A stretch of DNA of 8,884 bases. It comes from Fonticula alba ATCC 38817. Lineage: Eukaryota; Protista; Nucleariida. The stretch is taken from assembly GCA_000388065.2 (NCBI GenBank), contig KB932201.1, one strand, 5' to 3'. A program made the position numbers and the translations under genes. The first letter of the stretch is position 1. Every line of letters starts with the position of its first letter. The notes under the pieces were generated by a model. The model was not told the DNA's origin, did no database searches, and worked only from the letters and a program-made list of their open reading frames with translations. This document shows positions 1 to 8,207 of this stretch, in pieces.

Positions 1-638
1 GCCCTCTTCCCCCTCTCCCTGCCCTCTTGCCGGCCCGCTGTTCCTCCAGCGGATCCTCGCCCTGCAGTACGGGGCCGACCGCGTGTATGGCGAGGAGCTT
101 GTCGATCATAGCATGCTGCGCACGGTTCGCGTGGAAAATCGTGCGTTTCGGCGTCGGTCGCCCCTTCCTCCCCATCCCTGTCTCGTCGGCCTAACACGCC
201 TGCCGTCCCCTCCCCCCTGTTACTACCTTTCCCAGACGCCCTGGGCACCGTGGACTATGTCGACTCGACTGGAAAGGTGATCTTCCAGACGTGCGCCCGG
301 GAGCGCGGCCGCGTCATTTTCCAAATCGTGCGTCCCGACATCCCCACCTTTGTGCTCCTTTGCCGGCACACATGCTTGTGCGTGCTGCTGACCCCTGCTC
401 CCCAGGGCACATCCGATCCGGAGCGCGCTGTGCGCGTTGCCAAGATGGTCCACCGCGATGTGGCAGCCATCGATCTGAACATGGGCTGTCCGAAGCCCTT
501 CAGCACCTCCGGCGGCATGGGGTCCGCCCTGTTGGACCCGTGCGACCGCGCCGTCAATGTACGTCCCACTTCGCACGAGGCCGGGGCTCTTGCCGAAAGA
601 TGCCATTTGACCGGAGCCGCGCACTGACCTTGCCTTCT

Positions 639-681
<43 letters not shown>

Positions 682-1165
682 ACTCATCTTCCCCTCCCCC
701 CAACCGCCCTGGGACACGGCTGGCCGCCGTGCAGATCCTCAAGGCCCTCAAGGCAGCGGACTTGTCCTGCCCGGTTACCTGCAAGATCCGCTTCATTGTC
801 GATGCCGAGGAGCGCGAGGAGGTCTTGCGAGCTCACACCCAGGCTCGGAATACCAATGCCCCGCTGCCCCAGGTTCTGACAGTTCCAGGCGGCCAGGCCG
901 AGGCCCCTGATTCCGGCGGAGCAGCCCTCGCCGAGGATGCCCCGGCCCCTGGCATCCCGGGTATCCGGTCGCTCCAAGCATCGCAACGCCTGGTGGACAC
1001 GCTGTCGCGCACCGGCGTGGCGGCCATCGGTATCCACACTCGGTTCCCGCACACCCGGCCCCGAGAGGCCCCAACGACCAGCTGGTTTGGCCCGGTGTCC
1101 TCCGCGGCCGGAAGCCGGGCCGCCATCTTGCTCAAGTGCGCCAACTCTTTTGCTGGATTTCCTTC
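1..1165 (+). repeat. Direct repeat copy A (1165 bp), matches 5740-6904
   Basis: Identical ORF translations at constant offset 5739 (e.g. 250..627 vs 5989..6366, 638..910 vs 6377..6649). No differences seen by eye, including in introns and the CTG tract. Confidence 0.95.
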
Positions 1166-2418
1166 GCCCCCCCCCCCCCCCCCGCCCACCCACACGCACA
1201 CGCACACGCCCACGCACACGAGCTTGCCGCGGGTGCTTTTGCCCCTGCCCCTGGCTGCGCCAGTGCCTGGGATGCTGTCTAACTGACATACCGGGCCCGG
1301 TGGCTGGGCCTCCCTTTCTCTTTCCTCTCCTCCTCGCGCCAACACAGTGGCGTGTCGAGTCTCGTGCACTCCTTCGAGGATATCCAGCGCCTGCGCGAGT
1401 CCATGCACCCGGATGGGGCGATCATGCTGGCCCGGGCGGCGCATTGGAATTGCTCGGTCTTCCGTCGGGAGGGCCCGCTGCCCCTGCGCCAGGTGGCCCG
1501 GGACTTCATGCGCATCTGCGCGCAGCTGGATCACAACCTGGAAAATGCCAAGTACATCTTGCATCAGATGTGCTCGGTGGCCGACCCGGGGCGGACCTTC
1601 TGCCCGGACTTCGAGGAGGAAGACCGGCGCTTTGCCGGGGAACTGGCCCCCCGGATTGCCCCCTGCCTGAACTTGCGCGAGCTGTATGCACTGGTGGAGG
1701 ACCCGGCCATGTTCGACTACTTTGCCCGGGGGATTGAGGCCTCCCGACGGGAGCATGCTCCGCTTCCGGGGACCGGCGAGCCGTCGGCCAAGCGCCTGCG
1801 CCTTGGCCCGACCGGCGAGCCGGAGCCCTCGGAGGACGGTGTCGTGCGTGTCCCGCTCAAGGTATGCCAAGTCCGGGCACCATCTGCGCTCGGTGCACCC
1901 TCCTTTCCCCTTTCCACCCGGCTTTTTGCCCGCCGCTTGCTGATGATCCTGCTCTCTCTCTCTCTCCCTCTCTCTCCTCCGCTTACGTCGCCGGACAACA
2001 AGCTCACGCCGCGGCTGTTCACCCCGGGCAACCCTCCCAAGCAGATCCTCAACGGTCTGACCAGCGACTCACTCAAGTACGAAACTGTCCGGTGTGACAC
2101 CCGGCGGGCGTTCCGGTACGTTGCCACACGCCGCGCGTGCGACTCTCTCCCCCCCCCCTCCCTTGAAACATGGACAACTCCAGGGGTGGTGGGACGCCGA
2201 TGGGCAACTTCCCCTAACATCTCCCTCTCTCTCTCTCTCGTGCCAGCTCCACCGTGACCCTGGACTCTGGCAAGGCCTTTGGTAGCGAGAATTGGTTCAT
2301 GAACAAGAAGACCGCCGAGCATGCGGCTGCTGTGGTGGCTCTGCGGTATGGTCTGGCGCACCCGGAGCTGGGTGTGTCTGATGTGGGCGAGGTCTTCTCG
2401 GAGATTGCTCGCGACTAG
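50..2418 (+). CDS. DUS2: tRNA-dihydrouridine synthase, DUS2-type with C-terminal dsRBD; multi-exon, 5' exon lies outside the window for this copy
   Basis: Manual splicing gives exons 50-140, 236-327, 406-558, 735-1135, 1348-1861, 2003-2115 and 2247-2418. All introns are GT..AG and phase-consistent. Product motifs: RILALQYGADRVYGEELVD, VIFQIGTSDPERA, IDLNMGCPKPFSTSGGMGSALL (catalytic Cys), PVTCKIR, TGVAAIGIHTR, LNG, IMLARAAHWNCSVF, DHNLENAKYILHQM. These follow the order and wording I recall for eukaryotic DUS2. TAG at 2416-2418. Confidence 0.92.
641..680 (+). repeat. Intronic (CTG)n microsatellite with one TTG interruption (also 6380-6419)
   Basis: Read directly; lies in DUS2 intron 559-734. 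Confidence 0.95.
2003..2418 (+). other. Double-stranded RNA-binding domain (dsRBD) of DUS2, split by intron 2116-2246
   Basis: Spliced translation LTPRLFTPGNPPKQILNGLTSDSLKYETVRCDTRRAFRSTVTLDSGKAFGSENWFMNKKTAEHAAAVVALRYGL contains the KKxAExxAAxxAL helix typical of dsRBDs. A C-terminal dsRBD is a known feature of animal DUS2. Confidence 0.85.
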
Positions 2419-3798
2419 ATGCCCGACGGTGTCTCATGGAAGACCTCCAACTGGGATGCCCTCGCGGAAGTCAGCTTACCGGTGCATCTTGGCGATAGGC
2501 CATCCGCGTGTGCGAGTGCGCACTTCGCCGGATGACCCCCCCCCCAGACAAAACCCCCCAATAGAAGAGGCTACCCCCAGGAAGAGGAAAGGCAAAGAAG
2601 GAAAAGCCCCCGCCCCTGGCACCACGCTCACATACCTGGAAGGAGCTCGGAAAGCCAAGCTCCTCAAGTCCCACAAGCCCCAGCGGCGTCAAGGTTCTCT
2701 GGCCACCGGTGCCACCATCGGCATCATCAGGCTGGACTTGCACTTGTAGCTCGGCCTCCAGGGGATTCTCCCCGCTCGGGCTGGCAGATGACCCGGTCGG
2801 GAGCCAGGTCGCAATGAAGGACCCGGCCGCCAGGTCGGAGGGTGTCTGGCCAATGCGCACGGCAAATGTGTCAGCGGCACTCTCCTTGGGCGGGACCTGG
2901 CAGGCCTGGCACATGGGCTCGGCGAGGTGGCAGTGCGGGCATCGCCGGGCTGCGGGCACTGGCCGAGTGCCGAGGTCGAGGCACTGGCCGAACAGCGACA
3001 GCACATCGTCAGTCGGCTTGCAGGCAGCCTGCAGGAGAGGGCAGGAGAGGTGGTCGATGTGGGTCTCCAGGATGGCACAGAGCAGGCGCTCCACGACGAC
3101 GGGGCGCGCGGCCGCACAGCGGGTCGAATGTCCACAGCAGAATGGGGCCGACTGGACCAGGTCCAGGGCGACCGTGATCGGCTGATTGTTGTGTCGGTGG
3201 CGGTGGCGGTGGCGGTGGCGGTGGCGGTGGCGGTGGCAAGGGAGGCGGTGCGGGTGCATGATTTTTCGTCACCCGGGGAGAGGGTCGGACATGTGTGGAC
3301 CACACATGTGCATGGGGGTCAGCGGGGTCACGGGGAGCTGGATCCCAGCCGGCGCAGGCGGCCGAAAGGAAAGAAAAAGCCCACGGGCATGATGCGCACC
3401 GGTCGGTTGAGTGGGTTCAATATCTCTCGCAAGCCATGGGACAAGGTCTCCCGGAGCCGGGCATCCTGGACGACCCAGCCCATGGGCCCGGCAATGCTGG
3501 CTCTCCCGTCGAACACAGCTGGATCCACCCAATTAAAGCATCCTGCCACCGGGACCAAATCCGCACCAAACGCCAAGGGTTAGACCGGGCAACGGGTTGG
3601 GCCCGAGAGGATCGAGGGGGGGGGAGGATCATGCGCCCCGCAAGGAGCGGCTGCCTCCCAAGTACCTGCTGGGTAGACCCCACGGCAGCAGAGAGCCGAG
3701 GAGAAGAGTGTGAAGAGGAGCGCCTCGAGGCGCCGCAAAGCTGCCACTATGTCCAAGTGCAGGTCAATGTGCTGGGCCTCGCTTGGTGGAGGCCACAT
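2415..3798 (-). CDS. HORMA-domain protein (Rev7/MAD2L2- or Mad2-like, divergent); start codon uncertain
   Basis: Minus-strand exons (3798 or 3771)-3666, 3542-3400, 3181-2636 and 2450-2415. Donors are GTACTT, GTGCGC and GTATGT, with CTAAC/CTGAC branch-like sites, and the exons are phase-consistent. The product has LLFTLFSSALCCRGVYPAGCF (HORMA R-G-[IV]-Y-P-x-x-x-F motif), ITVALDLV...VVVERLL (like KLVVVI...VLERW) and C-terminal LTPLGLV...FQLEVFHE (like Rev7 LIPLKTM...MQLYVEE). About 285 aa from ATG 3798. In-frame ATG 3909 or a spliced 5' exon are alternatives. Family call comes from remembered motifs, not a search. Confidence 0.7.
3195..3236 (+). repeat. (CGGTGG)7 hexamer repeat in a HORMA-gene intron
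   Basis: Read directly; lies in minus-strand intron 3399-3182, just upstream of the acceptor. Confidence 0.95.
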
Positions 3799-3961
3799 GC
3801 GAGAGGGTGGGGAGGGGACCCGGGGAAGGGGGACGAGGGGGGGGGGGGCCGGACGCGCCACAGGAAAGGGGGAGGAGAAGCGAGGTGTAGGCTGCCCTTG
3901 CGTGTCCATTCCGGCCGCGGGCTTGGGCGGCCCGCCTTTCTGGTGCTCCAACTCCGGGGGG

Positions 3962-3971
3962 NNNNNNNNNN
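3962..3971. other. Assembly gap (10 N)
   Basis: N run directly after a G6 tract. Confidence 0.99.
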
Positions 3972-3975
3972 GGCG

Positions 3976-4346
3976 GTGTGTGCGTGTGTGCCTGTGTGTG
4001 TGTGTGTGTGTGTATGGGTATCGTTCGTGCACAGGGCCTGCCTGTCGGGCGAAGAGAGGGGGGAAACCGGAGGAGAGTGCGGACTAAGGAGAGAGAGAGA
4101 GAGAGAGAGGCGGGAGGGAGGGAAGGCGGGAGTGCGAAATGAAAGGGGGCGGGGTGCTTTGCGGGGGCTGGATGGCGGCGGAGTGGCCAACACACCGGCC
4201 GGCGGGCAGGCGGCAGAAATGGCCCCGGTCTGGGCGGCCGGATCCGGGGAAGCGAGTGCGAGGGCACCGCCAGCAGGCACTTCTCCTGGTCTCCATCCCT
4301 CGTCCTGTCTCTGTGTATGTGTGTGCGTGTGTGTGAGTGTGTGTGT
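3976..4346. repeat. Cluster of (GT)n, (GA)n and (TG)n microsatellites
   Basis: GT-rich 3976-4013, GA-rich 4089-4108, TG-rich ~4311-4346. Confidence 0.9.
4196..4310 (-). other. Possible 5' exon of a minus-strand gene (the HORMA gene or an unrelated one across the gap)
   Basis: Acceptor ACACAG at 4311-4312, ATG at 4296 (METRRSACWRC...), donor GTGTGT at 4195, then pyrimidine- and CA-rich intron-like sequence. No homology recognised; frame not resolved. Confidence 0.3.
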
Positions 4347-4449
4347 CGCCTCACTCCCGCCGCTTGCTTGACGCGAGATCCGGGGCGGGGAAAAGCGCTA
4401 CTGAGGTTGGGAAGATGGTTCCCGGAAGCTGCACTGTCCTCCAATAAGG

Positions 4450-5318
4450 CCGATGGGAACCAGTAGCCCTTCCCCCGCCCGCTCCCTGCCTATCTCTCTC
4501 TCTCTCTCTCTCTCTCCCTCTCTCTCTCACTAACTCGCTAACTCGCTAACTCGCTCGCACGCCCCCGGACGCCGGCCCCTGGTGCCTGTGCCCCCCATGG
4601 TTTAAGCCCCTTGCGGCTCGGTGCGCGCCTAATCGGAGGGTGACCACCGACAAGCGCACATTTCCCGGGGCGCGCGAACGGGCCGGCCCTCCCGCGCACG
4701 GCCCCCTGCGGGCGGTGGCCGGCGGCTCCCCCCGGAGGATTGGGGGAATGTCTGTTTGCTGCCCCGCCCGCTTTCTGGCACATAACTGTCACATTTCCGC
4801 CGGCTAATGGGATTTTCGCCAAACAAAAGTGCCTCGCCCAGTATCGGCGAGAAGGCCGGACCATGTGATAGGGGCCGCGTCCTGCTGGTCGGCTTCCAAT
4901 TTGGGAGATTTGCCAGCCACTAGTCACCTGGAGGGTGGGAGGCTGCCTGGTGTACTGGAAAAGGAGAATTGTCCGACCAGGAGAAGGCCTTTGGGGCGCG
5001 GCTGGCAGCGTGCGCGCGCGTGTACTCCAGAGTCGGCATTGCTCACGTGGTGCATGTTTCAGGCCCATCTCGCGAGGTCCACGCCAAAGGGCACCCAGGC
5101 GGCGGTCGCCGTAGATCGCCAGGATTCTCCACTGCCACGCCCGACACGCCTGCCCTCCCCCCGCTCCCCCCCCCCCCCTCAGCATACACACCTCTCCTCG
5201 TCGCCTCCCCCTCGCCCCGAGATCCTACGCCAAAGAGAGACACAGAGAGAAAGAAAGCCCTGCTGTCTCTTCCCATCTGGTCCCTTGCCTGCTGCGCCTC
5301 CCTCGCAGCCTCCTGTTG
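4450..5318. promoter_or_regulatory. Probable non-coding divergent promoter / 5' UTR region upstream of DUS2
   Basis: No convincing coding motif. It lies between a minus-strand 5' end and the DUS2 ATG and includes an intron-like C-rich stretch ending in CGCAG at 5308. Confidence 0.35.
4493..4554 (+). repeat. (CT)n tract followed by (TAACTCGC)x3
   Basis: CT run ~4493-4528; octamer units at 4531-4538, 4539-4546 and 4547-4554. Confidence 0.9.
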
Positions 5319-6377
5319 ATGCTCCGCTCCGCTGCCGATTTCTCGCGACTGGTCAGCAACGCGGGCTCCGGCCTTCAGCAGCGCATAACTCCCCTCCTTG
5401 CACGCGGGCTTTCCGTCTCTGCCACCGTCAGTGCCCAGCCTCGCCGGGCGTCGCCCTCTCCTCGTAGCATGACCGACGAATCGCCCCGGATTCCGGACCG
5501 GCCGTTTGATGTGCGCGCCGCCAACACAACCGCCTGCGCCATGCCGGAGCCCTTCGACCCGGCCGATGCAACCAGCCTCTACCGCGGCATGAACATCCTG
5601 GCTCCCATGGTCCGCAGTGGCACGCTGCCGATGGTGCGTGCGCGAGCCCGGGCGAGATGTCCCCACATGATGGCACAACCTTGCTTTTGGGTATCAGCCC
5701 CCTGGCTCGCTCTCTCTCTCTCTCTTCCTCTCTGCTGACGCCCTCTTCCCCCTCTCCCTGCCCTCTTGCCGGCCCGCTGTTCCTCCAGCGGATCCTCGCC
5801 CTGCAGTACGGGGCCGACCGCGTGTATGGCGAGGAGCTTGTCGATCATAGCATGCTGCGCACGGTTCGCGTGGAAAATCGTGCGTTTCGGCGTCGGTCGC
5901 CCCTTCCTCCCCATCCCTGTCTCGTCGGCCTAACACGCCTGCCGTCCCCTCCCCCCTGTTACTACCTTTCCCAGACGCCCTGGGCACCGTGGACTATGTC
6001 GACTCGACTGGAAAGGTGATCTTCCAGACGTGCGCCCGGGAGCGCGGCCGCGTCATTTTCCAAATCGTGCGTCCCGACATCCCCACCTTTGTGCTCCTTT
6101 GCCGGCACACATGCTTGTGCGTGCTGCTGACCCCTGCTCCCCAGGGCACATCCGATCCGGAGCGCGCTGTGCGCGTTGCCAAGATGGTCCACCGCGATGT
6201 GGCAGCCATCGATCTGAACATGGGCTGTCCGAAGCCCTTCAGCACCTCCGGCGGCATGGGGTCCGCCCTGTTGGACCCGTGCGACCGCGCCGTCAATGTA
6301 CGTCCCACTTCGCACGAGGCCGGGGCTCTTGCCGAAAGATGCCATTTGACCGGAGCCGCGCACTGACCTTGCCTTCT

Positions 6378-6420
<43 letters not shown>

Positions 6421-6874
6421 ACTCATCTTCCCCTCCCCCCAACCGCCCTGGGACACGGCTGGCCGCCGTGCAGATCCTCAAGGCCCTCAAGGCAGCGGAC
6501 TTGTCCTGCCCGGTTACCTGCAAGATCCGCTTCATTGTCGATGCCGAGGAGCGCGAGGAGGTCTTGCGAGCTCACACCCAGGCTCGGAATACCAATGCCC
6601 CGCTGCCCCAGGTTCTGACAGTTCCAGGCGGCCAGGCCGAGGCCCCTGATTCCGGCGGAGCAGCCCTCGCCGAGGATGCCCCGGCCCCTGGCATCCCGGG
6701 TATCCGGTCGCTCCAAGCATCGCAACGCCTGGTGGACACGCTGTCGCGCACCGGCGTGGCGGCCATCGGTATCCACACTCGGTTCCCGCACACCCGGCCC
6801 CGAGAGGCCCCAACGACCAGCTGGTTTGGCCCGGTGTCCTCCGCGGCCGGAAGCCGGGCCGCCATCTTGCTCAA
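5319..6874 (+). CDS. DUS2: DUS2 5' portion (second copy), breaking off in an intron at the N-gap
   Basis: Exon 5319 (or 5469)-5633 encodes ...LYRGMNILAPMVRSGTLPM (DUS N-terminal LAPM motif). Further exons 5789-5879, 5975-6066, 6145-6297 and 6474-6874 match copy 1 at offset 5739. The intron starting at 6875 runs into the gap at 6905. Confidence 0.85.
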
Positions 6875-6904
6875 GTGCGCCAACTCTTTTGCTGGATTTC
6901 CTTC
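5740..6904 (+). repeat. Direct repeat copy B (1165 bp), matches 1-1165
   Basis: Ends at ...GGATTTCCTTC and an N-gap. Copy A continues at this point with G and a C17 tract (1167-1183). Confidence 0.95.
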
Positions 6905-6914
6905 NNNNNNNNNN
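6905..6914. other. Assembly gap (10 N) joining a DUS2 intron to a NudC intron
   Basis: N run; the flanks belong to introns of different genes. Confidence 0.99.
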
Positions 6915-6944
6915 GTGGATCCCCCCCCCCCCCCCCCCCCCCCC
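6915..6944 (+). repeat. 30-nt exact overlap GTGGAT+C24, matches 8855-8884
   Basis: The same hexamer plus 24 C starts the post-gap segment and ends the window. Confidence 0.9.
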
Positions 6945-7104
6945 GGCTGATTCCCTGCCCTTGGGCCTGCCGCGGCTGCCTCGCCTTTGTTTTGCCCGGC
7001 ATGCGGCTGCTTTCCGGTCCCTTCTCCTTCTCTCTCCGCCCCTTGCCCCCTTCCTCCATGTGCCTTGTCTCTCACACCTTCCTGCCGGGGCCGGGGCCGG
7101 GCAG

Positions 7105-8025
7105 ACTGTCTCCCCGGATTTGAGGAAGATTTTGCTGGTGCGCAACCGGCGGAATGCCCTGCTGCCGGCCCCGCCGCCCCGAATGCTGGTTCCCCCGGGC
7201 GCGAGTGCGCCGCCCGGCCCCGGAACCGAGGTGTCCCTGCGCCAGCGCCGGGTGTACAGCCTGGTGGCCGGGCATGTGGAGCCGGGTGAGCGTGCGGAGG
7301 CGGCGGCCGCCCGCGAGACCTTTGAGGAGACTGGCGTGTCGCTGGTGCTGCACAGCGACTTGCAATCGTCGCTGGCCGTGACGCAGCAGCTGTACTCGGA
7401 CCACCGGCATGAGGGCGTCCATGACCGGAACTTGGCCCGGGGCGTGCCCCCGACCGAGGGCCCTGATGGCTCCCTTGAGGCGGAGCTGTGGCCGGTGCAG
7501 CTGCTCCTGTCCCAGCCGTGGCCGGCTGGCACGCTGTCCGGCGGGAACAGCGAGGTCATGCTGGCGTCGGTGGGCCTGGCCCGGGGGGATCCGCGGTCGC
7601 CGGAGCCGCCCGCGCCTCGGGCCGACCCGGCCGAGATCTTGGATGCTCGCTGGGCCGACCGGGCGGCAGTGCGCCAGGCCTTGCTGGCCGCGGCCGCCGA
7701 CTTCGCGTGCATGCCACCGCACCTGCCGCTGGTCAAGCCAGCCCTGCGGGCCGTGCCGTCTGGCCTGACGCGCCCCACCGCCGAGCAGCACGCGTACACC
7801 TCGATGACCTTCACCGCGGCCGGGGCCGTGGGAGCGGAGGACCCCGCCGATGCCTTCGATCTGGCGCTCCCTGGGCCGCATGCGGTGTCCACGCGGCTGT
7901 GCTCCGCCTGGCTGGCCTGCTTCTCGGACTTTGACCACTACCTGCAGGAGCAGCTCGCTGGCCAGGCGTCGGAGGACCAGGACGACGGCCTGGATGTGGA
8001 GGTTGACCTGCTGTCCCGGCATCTG
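7105..8025 (+). CDS. NADH pyrophosphatase (NudC/NUDT12-like), C-terminal Nudix half; no stop seen before the gap
   Basis: Acceptor CAG at 7102-7104, then TVSPDLRKILLVR. Perfect Nudix box G-HVEPG-E-RAEAAAA-RE-TF-EE-T-G-V at 7270-7338. NudC-family signature SQPWP at 7510-7524, followed by EILDARW and LPGPHAVSTRLCSAW. Confidence 0.88.
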
Positions 8026-8185
8026 NNNNNNNNNNNNNNNNNNNNNNNNNNNNNNNNNNNNNNNNNNNNNNNNNNNNNNNNNNNNNNNNNNNNNNNNNNN
8101 NNNNNNNNNNNNNNNNNNNNNNNNNNNNNNNNNNNNNNNNNNNNNNNNNNNNNNNNNNNNNNNNNNNNNNNNNNNNNNNNNNNNN
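8026..8185. other. Assembly gap (160 N)
   Basis: N run followed by C14. Confidence 0.99.
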
Positions 8186-8207
8186 CCCCCCCCCCCCCCG
8201 AACACAG

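Noticed and set aside
641-680. Poly-Leu/Cys/Ala/Ser tracts or signal peptide from the CTG repeat
   Set aside because: The repeat lies inside intron 559-734, whose removal restores ...DRAVN|ILKALK in frame.
833-1870. Long antisense ORFs (833-1870, 6423-7892, 7072-8457, 223-717 and others)
   Set aside because: These are shadow ORFs of GC-rich coding strands with no recognisable motifs.
3195-3236. CRISPR, telomeric or Chi-like array from (CGGTGG)7
   Set aside because: It is a simple intronic hexamer microsatellite with no spacers, no cas genes and no terminal position.
3295-4371. 358-aa plus-strand ORF and neighbours (2927-3583, 3710-4087)
   Set aside because: They are antisense to the HORMA gene, run through microsatellites and a gap, and are low complexity.
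4829-5467. Separate gene upstream of DUS2 (ORFs 4829-5467, 4969-5319, 4538-5191, 5043-5678)
   Set aside because: They have non-ATG starts or low-complexity translations, cross C-rich intron-like sequence, and show no family motif.
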